Source of the DNA: Candidatus Ozemobacteraceae bacterium
Lineage (GTDB): Bacteria > Muiribacteriota > Ozemobacteria > Ozemobacterales > Ozemobacteraceae
NCBI GenBank assembly: GCA_965140445.1
Contig: OZ223236.1
Span: 320,001 to 384,000 of the forward strand
DNA length: 64,000 bases
Direction of reading: 5' to 3'
Shown piece by piece: positions 57,251 to 64,000 of this stretch. The stretch's first letter is position 1; each line of letters begins with the position of its first letter. Below the pieces are notes generated by a model. The model did not search any database, was not told where the DNA came from, and saw nothing but the letters and a program-made list of their open reading frames with translations. Made by a program: the position numbers and the translations under genes.

Positions 57251-60200
57251 ATGCTTTTCGAAAAACCAAACAATACCGTATCGCCTGAAAAAGAGAATGA
57301 AATACTCGAATTCTGGGAAAAGGAACAAATCTTTCAAAAGTCCATAAAAAACAGAGAAGGCGCAAAGAAATTTGTCTTCTTTGAAGGCCCTCCTACAGCC
57401 AATGGCACTCCTCATCCAGGACACGTTTTAACCAAGGCGATGAAAGATCTGGTTCCTCGTTACAAAACTATGTGTGGTTGCCACGTTGGAAGAAAAGCCG
57501 GCTGGGACACCCATGGCTTGCCTGTTGAGCTAGAGGTTGAAAAGCAACTTGGAATTGAAAGCAAGCAAGATATTGAAAAATATGGAATTGAAAAATTCAT
57601 AAAAAAATGCCGTGAAAGCGTTTTCAAATATGAAGCTGAATGGCGTGCAATGGTTACCAGAGGTGGCTTTTGGATCGACATGGAAGATCCATACATCACT
57701 TGTACTAATGAATATATCGAATCCATCTGGTGGATTTTAGGCCAGTTCTGGAAAGAAAATCTTCTCTATGAAGGACACAAAGTAGTTCCTTATTGCCCAA
57801 GATGTGGCACAGCCCTTTCTTCACACGAAGTAGCTCAAGGTTACAAAGAAGTTGAAGATCCATCCGTTTATGTAAAATTTGCAGTTAAAGATCAGGAAAA
57901 TACCAGCTTTCTGGTTTGGACGACCACACCATGGACGCTTATATCAAACGTTGCCCTGGCTGTTGGAGAAAAAATCGAATATGTAAAAGTTAAGCTAGGT
58001 GAAGAATTCTTGATTCTCGCTAAAGCAAGACTCGAAGTTCTAAATGGCGAAGGTGAAATAGTTGAAACTTACAAAGGCGTAGATCTCAAGGGAATTGAGT
58101 ATCACCAAATGTTCACATTTGTTAAGCCTGAGAAAAAAGCTCACTTCGTAATCGGTGCGGACTTTGTTTCAACCGAAGACGGTTCTGGTATCGTCCACAT
58201 TGCACCTGCTTTTGGTGAAGACGATTACAGAGTTGGAAAAGAAAATGATCTTCCTGTAATTCAGCCTGTGGATATGTCTGGCAAATTCAAAGACGAAGTG
58301 GAGCCATGGAAAGGTAAATTCGTTAAAGATGCCGACGCTGATATCATAAAGAACCTTAAGGAAACAGGTAAGCTTTTCAAAACTGCAAAAATTAAGCATA
58401 CATATCCTTATTGCTGGAGATGTGATAGCCCGCTACTTTATTATGCAAGACACAGCTGGTTTATTAAAACTACAGCAATTAAAAATGAAGTTTTAAAAAA
58501 TAATGAGCTGATAAACTGGTTCCCAGGTCATGTAAAAGAAGGAAGATTTTTAAATTTCCTTGAAAACATGATAGATTGGGCTATTTCCAGAGATCGCTAT
58601 TGGGGAACTCCTCTTCCTATCTGGGTTTGTCAGGATTGCAATCATCATCATCTTGTTGACAGCATCGCAAATCTCAAAGAGCTTGGCGACAACGTTCCAG
58701 ACGACATAGAACTACACAAACCATATGTTGATGACCTTAATCTTCATTGCCCAGAATGTAAAGGTGCTATGAAACGTGTTCCAGAAGTCATTGACTGCTG
58801 GTTCGATTCAGGTGCAATGCATACTGCCCAATGGCATTATCCCTTTGAAAACAAAGATAAATTCGAAGAAAATTTCCCTGCTGACTTTATCTGTGAGGCA
58901 GTTGATCAAACTCGCGGATGGTTTTATAGCCTTCTGGTTACTTCAACCTTCCTTCACAAAGCTCCTCCTTACAAAAATGTTGTTGTTCTTGGACATATCT
59001 GCGACCGTAACGGAATAAAAATGAGCAAATCCAAGGGCAATGTTCTTGATAGTATGGAGCTGTTTGACAAATATGGTGCTGATGCCGTCAGATGGTCACT
59101 CTACACTGGAACTGCACCATGGAACACCAGAAGATTTTTTGAAGAAGGAATTGCTGAAGCACAGAAACGTTATTTAGGAACTCTCCAAAACGTTTACAGC
59201 TTCTTCGTATTGTATGCGAATATTGAAAGCTTCAACCCAGCTGATCACAATCTGCCAGTAAGTGAGCGACCTGAAATTGATAGATGGATTATTTCAAGAT
59301 TTAATCACACCACTGAAGAAGTTCGCAAATCCATGGAAAAATTTGAAATCACGTGGGCTACCGGTCATATGGAAAGATTTGTCGACGAACTCTCCAACTG
59401 GTATGTAAGAAGAAGTCGCAGAAGATTCTGGAGCAGTGAGCAAAATGCAGACACAATCGGAGCTTTCTTAACTCTTTATGAGATTCTGGTAGGAATGGCC
59501 AAGCTATCTGCACCATTCACTCCATTTATTTCAGAAGACATCTACAGAAATCTTGTTTGTAAAATTGATTCTTCTGCCCCAGAAAGCGTTCATTTAACTA
59601 ATTATCCAGATGTTGAAGCCAGTCTCATTGATGAAATTCTTGAAAATAGAATGGATTTCGTTATGAGAGTGGTTCAGCTCGGTCGAGCAGCAAGAAATGA
59701 AGCTAATCTTAAGGTTAGACAGCCTCTTGCAGACATGAAAGTTGTTACAACAGACGACTTCGAGCGTGAAACGTTAAAAGAAATGGAACACCTTCTTCAG
59801 GAAGAACTCAACATCAAAGAAGTTAGTCCAATCGCTGATGCTTCAACGCTAATGAAATACGTTGCAAAACCTAACTTTAGAAGCATAGGAAAAGGTCCAC
59901 TCAAGGGAATGATTCCTCAAATCAAGGCTCACCTTGAGCAAGTTGACGGCAATGAAGTTAAAAAGAACCTCGACGAAGGCGGATATGAATTTAAGCTTGA
60001 TGGAAAACCTGTGACACTGACTTCAAGTGACATTGATCTTCAAGCTCTAGCTTCTGACGACTTCTCCGTTCAATCTGAAGGAAAACTCAGCATAGCTCTC
60101 AATAAAGTTTTATCCCGAGAACTGGTTCTTGAAGGCCTTTCAAGAGAATTGGTAAATAAAATTCAATTCATGCGAAAAGAACAGGGACTTGATATTGTTG

Positions 60201-60406
60201 ATAGAATCAAAGTGGGATATGATGTAATTGATTCAGATAGCAAAGCTGACATTGATGATTCAATCTCAAAGTTTGGGTCATACATAAGTCAGGAAACTCT
60301 TGCCAAATCGATATCTGAAACCGTTGATTCAATGGCAGCAGTTTCAGAATGGAACATAAATGGCATAAAAGTTAAACTTGGAATCAGTAAGGAGACTTCA
60401 GCGTGA
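57251..60406 (+). CDS. ileS: Isoleucine--tRNA ligase, type 2
   Basis: EGPPTANGTPHPGH, GWDTHGLPVE, WTTTPWTL, KMSKS, long type-2 C-terminus (EGLSRELVNKIQ.MRK) with no terminal Zn finger. Confidence 0.97.
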   Translation: MLFEKPNNTVSPEKENEILEFWEKEQIFQKSIKNREGAKKFVFFEGPPTANGTPHPGHVLTKAMKDLVPRYKTMCGCHVGRKAGWDTHGLPVELEVEKQLGIESKQDIEKYGIEKFIKKCRESVFKYEAEWRAMVTRGGFWIDMEDPYITCTNEYIESIWWILGQFWKENLLYEGHKVVPYCPRCGTALSSHEVAQGYKEVEDPSVYVKFAVKDQENTSFLVWTTTPWTLISNVALAVGEKIEYVKVKLGEEFLILAKARLEVLNGEGEIVETYKGVDLKGIEYHQMFTFVKPEKKAHFVIGADFVSTEDGSGIVHIAPAFGEDDYRVGKENDLPVIQPVDMSGKFKDEVEPWKGKFVKDADADIIKNLKETGKLFKTAKIKHTYPYCWRCDSPLLYYARHSWFIKTTAIKNEVLKNNELINWFPGHVKEGRFLNFLENMIDWAISRDRYWGTPLPIWVCQDCNHHHLVDSIANLKELGDNVPDDIELHKPYVDDLNLHCPECKGAMKRVPEVIDCWFDSGAMHTAQWHYPFENKDKFEENFPADFICEAVDQTRGWFYSLLVTSTFLHKAPPYKNVVVLGHICDRNGIKMSKSKGNVLDSMELFDKYGADAVRWSLYTGTAPWNTRRFFEEGIAEAQKRYLGTLQNVYSFFVLYANIESFNPADHNLPVSERPEIDRWIISRFNHTTEEVRKSMEKFEITWATGHMERFVDELSNWYVRRSRRRFWSSEQNADTIGAFLTLYEILVGMAKLSAPFTPFISEDIYRNLVCKIDSSAPESVHLTNYPDVEASLIDEILENRMDFVMRVVQLGRAARNEANLKVRQPLADMKVVTTDDFERETLKEMEHLLQEELNIKEVSPIADASTLMKYVAKPNFRSIGKGPLKGMIPQIKAHLEQVDGNEVKKNLDEGGYEFKLDGKPVTLTSSDIDLQALASDDFSVQSEGKLSIALNKVLSRELVLEGLSRELVNKIQFMRKEQGLDIVDRIKVGYDVIDSDSKADIDDSISKFGSYISQETLAKSISETVDSMAAVSEWNINGIKVKLGISKETSA

Positions 60407-61536
60407 GATTTAAATTAGAGTTAAAAACTCTCTCTGATGCAATAGGGATAGTAGGAAAAGCGGTTGCTACCAAAGGCGTGCGACCAATCCTTTCCAATTT
60501 GTTAGTTGTTGCGAATACTGAGACACAAAAACTTAAACTGGTTGGAACCGATCTTGAGATAATGATGATTTCTCAAGTAGAAGCAGCAGTAGAGGAAAGT
60601 GGGCATTTCACTATTCCCGCAAAACTTCTTACGGAAATCATTTCCAGTATCCCTGCTGATGGCTCAGAGACAGTTATTTTTGAGCCTAACCCGGAAAATG
60701 AAAACCAGATCCAAATCAGAGTTGGCCGAAATAAATTTAACCTTCAGATTCAAGGAATTGAGGACTATCCTCCTGTTCCTTCACTTGAAGAAGAAGAACT
60801 GCCAACATGCGTCATATCAACAGAGATTCTGGCAAAAGGCATCAAGGAAGCCGCCATCGCGATGGGTGCTGAAGACGGCAACCCAGTACAAAGAAGCCTT
60901 TGCATGAACCTTGAAGACGGTCAAAATCCGGTAATAGTAGCCACCGACAGCAAAAGGCTTGCGGTCACAACAATGCCCGGGCTAGACGTATCTGACAAGT
61001 TCAAGCAAACCTTTATTGTCCCTTCAAAGGCTATTCCAGAATTGGTTAAGCTAATGGATGGGCATCCAGAAATAAAAATATGCATATACAATGAACAACT
61101 GGTTTTCAATTCAGACCAGTTCACATTGATCACAAGGCTAATTGACGGTAGATTCCCTGATTACAACAGGGTTCTTCCCAAGGAATCAAGCAGATCTCTT
61201 CGAATAGGCAAAAAAGATCTGGGAAAAGCTCTCAAATCAGTTTTACCAATAGCAAGATTGAGCAGCATGCTTGTTCATTTCGATATATCTGAAAGTGAAA
61301 CCAGAATTTGGGCCGAGTCTCAAGAGCAGGGTCTTTCTGAGGTTTTCATTAGTTCAACATTACAGGGTGAGCCTATCAGCATAGCCTTCAATGTAAAATT
61401 CGTTTCGGATTTCATAAATGTTATTGATGATGAAGAAGTTGTATTAGAAATGACAACACAAAACTATCCTGGCGTCCTCAAGCCAGGTAATCCAGACTCT
61501 GGATTCCAATACGTAGTAATGCCAATGTCCTTTTAA
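60403..61536 (+). CDS. dnaN: DNA polymerase III beta sliding clamp
   Basis: RPILSN, GTDLE, ATDSKRLA, LIDGRFPDYNRVLP, IAFN, VVMPM. GTGA overlap with ileS. Confidence 0.93.
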   Translation: MRFKLELKTLSDAIGIVGKAVATKGVRPILSNLLVVANTETQKLKLVGTDLEIMMISQVEAAVEESGHFTIPAKLLTEIISSIPADGSETVIFEPNPENENQIQIRVGRNKFNLQIQGIEDYPPVPSLEEEELPTCVISTEILAKGIKEAAIAMGAEDGNPVQRSLCMNLEDGQNPVIVATDSKRLAVTTMPGLDVSDKFKQTFIVPSKAIPELVKLMDGHPEIKICIYNEQLVFNSDQFTLITRLIDGRFPDYNRVLPKESSRSLRIGKKDLGKALKSVLPIARLSSMLVHFDISESETRIWAESQEQGLSEVFISSTLQGEPISIAFNVKFVSDFINVIDDEEVVLEMTTQNYPGVLKPGNPDSGFQYVVMPMSF

Positions 61537-61555
61537 GGGCAACCAAGGAGATTTT

Positions 61556-62866
61556 ATGACAAACCAGGAGCTTTCCAAGCTAAAAAAAAGTTTGGCGAAT
61601 GAAAAGTCAGACATACGCAAAAAAGCTTTGGCGGAAATAAAAAACCTGAAACCAGAAGAAGCTTTACCAATACTGGTTTCAATGCTTGAAAGAAAAAACG
61701 ACGATATTATTGCTGATATTACAAAGGCAATGTTCTCTTTTAAAGATGCCGCTTTACCTTATCTGGTGAAAGCACTTTCTTCTGAGGTGTGGCGAGTAAG
61801 GCAGTCAGCGTCAAAAATACTTGGCAAATTGGCTTCAACTTCTTTGAAAAAAGTTATGGAACTCATTCCAGAAAATGAAGAAGATGTTGATTATTGGATG
61901 GTTCAGACTCTTAGCCACATTGGCGGTGAAGCCACTCAATATCTTGTCAGAGTGTTTAAACACCCAAATCAGAAAATAAAGTTAGCCGCCATTAGAGCAG
62001 CGCAGAATATCGATGATCCAAGAATGGTAGTTTCACTGCTCCATCTTTTGGAAGATCAGACATGGCCAGTAAGAAAAGCTGCTTTCGATAGCCTTGAAAA
62101 AATCTGTCATTTAAACACAGACGCTATAGTTAACGCCCTGGAACAAGCTTCAGAAGAAGCAAAGTTCTGGATAGTAAAGCTGCTCTCAAATAACCCAAGC
62201 CCGGAAATGGTTGCCAGATTTGCCGAGATTGTTGATAACTCTTCAATGGAAACAAAATTAGAGGCTATCAAAGCCATGGCAATGATTGAAACACCAGAAG
62301 CCCATAAGCTTCTTGTTAGTTATCTGGCCCATAAATCATGGATTGTCCGCAAAACTGCGGCAGATGCCATTTGGACACAGGGTCTTGGAGCATCAGAAGA
62401 GCTCATTTCTGCTATAAGCGGTTCAAACGTCGATGCCAGATATTGGTCTGTTAAACTTTTGGGACAAACAAACGAACCAAAGATTTTTGACCAGGTAAAA
62501 AAATGCCTAGAAGACCCACAGGCTTCAGTTAGATCTGCTGCCTGCCAGGCCCTTGGATCACTTGGTGACAAAAGAGGATTAGCTTTTCTGATGGGTGTAT
62601 TAAATGATGAGTCAGAAGAAGTTAGAACCTCAGCAATTCTTGCTCTGAGTCAGATTGGCGAAAGAGAAGAAATTGTAAAACCATCATTGCCAGCTCATCT
62701 TCGCAAAGAAAATATGGTCTCATGCCCAAACTGCAGCAAAATGGTAGGAAGAAACTTCACCTTTTGCCCTTTCTGTCTTGGGCATCTAAGAAATTCCTGT
62801 AGGGGTTGCGGTAGAGCTGTAGAACCAACATGGAAAGGTTGTCCGGACTGCGGATCGCCAATTTAA
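61556..62866 (+). CDS. HEAT-repeat protein with C-terminal double zinc ribbon
   Basis: Repeated (W/A).VR..A...L HEAT units, then CPNC..CPFC..CRGC..CPDC. Confidence 0.85.
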   Translation: MTNQELSKLKKSLANEKSDIRKKALAEIKNLKPEEALPILVSMLERKNDDIIADITKAMFSFKDAALPYLVKALSSEVWRVRQSASKILGKLASTSLKKVMELIPENEEDVDYWMVQTLSHIGGEATQYLVRVFKHPNQKIKLAAIRAAQNIDDPRMVVSLLHLLEDQTWPVRKAAFDSLEKICHLNTDAIVNALEQASEEAKFWIVKLLSNNPSPEMVARFAEIVDNSSMETKLEAIKAMAMIETPEAHKLLVSYLAHKSWIVRKTAADAIWTQGLGASEELISAISGSNVDARYWSVKLLGQTNEPKIFDQVKKCLEDPQASVRSAACQALGSLGDKRGLAFLMGVLNDESEEVRTSAILALSQIGEREEIVKPSLPAHLRKENMVSCPNCSKMVGRNFTFCPFCLGHLRNSCRGCGRAVEPTWKGCPDCGSPI

Positions 62867-62884
62867 TTGCTATTTTGACTAAGT

Positions 62885-62913
62885 AAGCGGCCAGTAATTT
62901 TTGCTGGCCGCTT
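62885..62913. terminator. Intrinsic terminator between convergent genes
   Basis: AAGCGGCCAGTAA-ttt-TTGCTGGCCGCTT followed by a T-rich tract. Confidence 0.75.
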
Positions 62914-63998
62914 TATTTTTTTTCGGTACCATTTAAAGCAGGAAATAAAAACGAAATAGAAGTGCCATAATCGACTTCGCTCTCCAGGACAATAAAACCA
63001 TTATGGCTTCTAAGAACACCTTGTGCAGAAGCCATACTCAGGCCTCGACCAGTAAATTTGGTGGAAAAAAATGGTTCAAAGAGCCTTTCTTTAACTTCAT
63101 GGGTCATTCCACAACCATTATCAGAAATCTGCAAGCAGATGAATTCGCCCTCAGAGACATTAGAAAAAGCCCAGTTCCGCGCAATAAAATCCTGCTCACA
63201 GAACTTTTTGCTGAGGGTAATATCAATTCTTCCTTTTCGGGAAATTCCTATGGCATCAATAGAATTGATTATTACTGATCTTAAGGCATTTCCGACTTGA
63301 TGTTGATCAGCCCAGATAGGAAAGTGATCACCTTCAGCAAACATTTCCAGCTCAATATTTGACGAAAGCATATTCCTTATATCTGATACGACAACAGAGA
63401 CTTCATGTTTCAAATTTAACTTTCTCTTTGCCAGATAAGCTTTTCCAGTGTATGCAAGCATCTTTCTAACCAAATCAGCTGCCATAAATGCTGATTTCTC
63501 GACACTTGCAATTTCTTCAGCCAACTTGCCTGTAGATGAATACTCTTCTTTCATAATACCGATATTGCCTATAATTCCCATTAGAATATTGTTAAAATCG
63601 TGTGCAATACCTCCCGCCATGACCCCAAGGCTTTCCATTCTTCTAGCTTGTTCAAGCTTTCTTTCCAACTCAATTTTTTCCTGCATGGCTTTAAGTTGGA
63701 AGGTATTATCCCAGAAAATCATACAGACATGTTTTGGATCCAAAACAAATTCAATACAGTGGAAGGTCCTCTGACTAAACTTATCAACCCATTCAAAGGT
63801 TTCCGGCCGATTCTTAACAAGCATCATTCCAAGGCGAGAATCGATATTCTGTATTCTATTATCAAAGATTTCTGCAGCAGGCTTATCAACAATGCTTTCC
63901 TGCTCTATTTTTAAGTAGAGGTATGCGGCCGGATTGGCATTTTTTATAAAAAATTCCTCATCACGAAGTTCAAATATAACAGCGGCGCTAAGCATTCT
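62913..63998 (-). CDS. PAS-domain sensor histidine kinase, probably 5'-truncated by the window edge
   Basis: PAS (ANPAA), GGIAHDFNNIL H-box, DNGCGM, FEPFFSTK, GRGL. The frame is open to the window end and there is no C-terminal receiver domain. Confidence 0.88.
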   Translation of the reverse strand, partial: RMLSAAVIFELRDEEFFIKNANPAAYLYLKIEQESIVDKPAAEIFDNRIQNIDSRLGMMLVKNRPETFEWVDKFSQRTFHCIEFVLDPKHVCMIFWDNTFQLKAMQEKIELERKLEQARRMESLGVMAGGIAHDFNNILMGIIGNIGIMKEEYSSTGKLAEEIASVEKSAFMAADLVRKMLAYTGKAYLAKRKLNLKHEVSVVVSDIRNMLSSNIELEMFAEGDHFPIWADQHQVGNALRSVIINSIDAIGISRKGRIDITLSKKFCEQDFIARNWAFSNVSEGEFICLQISDNGCGMTHEVKERLFEPFFSTKFTGRGLSMASAQGVLRSHNGFIVLESEVDYGTSISFLFPALNGTEKK

Positions 63999-64000
63999 TT

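Noticed and set aside
1..64000. CRISPR arrays, tRNA/rRNA genes, IS elements, prophage, oriC/dif
   Set aside because: No regularly spaced repeats, cloverleaf motifs, transposase/integrase ORFs, DnaA-box clusters or dif consensus were seen by eye. The strong palindromes found are better explained as terminators or operators.

Overview
This is an AT-rich, gene-dense core chromosomal segment of a diderm bacterium. The OmpM-like SLH-porin, TonB-dependent receptor, alpha2-type GlyRS and type-2 IleRS fit a deep-branching Terrabacteria-like anaerobe such as Ca. Riflebacteria, but that taxonomy is only an impression. I found no rRNA, tRNA, CRISPR array, transposase, integrase or prophage. Housekeeping genes include leuS, gltX, glyQS, ileS, radA, uvrA, typA, dnaN, an RNase II-family nuclease, mobB and a moaC-MOSC fusion. 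There is also a Zn/Mn ABC uptake cassette, a trio of minor pilins, a cobalamin riboswitch with btuB, and mtnA with a class II aldolase. The most notable items are: (1) a CBS-HutP fusion, coupled to gltX, whose C-terminal part is hidden in the -1 frame, at a site with both a G5 run and a U-UUA-AAG slippery heptamer; (2) a putative TMTC/GT-C-type protein glycosylation operon with a B12 radical-SAM enzyme and an amidotransferase, flanked by B12 uptake and 5'-deoxyadenosine salvage genes; (3) two tandem paralogous Cys-rich proteins of unknown family plus a SLOG protein, divergent from a sigma-like gene and RNase II; (4) an RHH/Cys-rich regulator heading the znu operon in place of Zur; (5) an InrS/RcnR-type repressor with a visible operator controlling DUF3147; (6) a ~260-nt structured leader on the ompM-like gene; (7) an unannotated 38-aa membrane peptide. 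All family assignments come from motif recognition by eye; no database searches were run.
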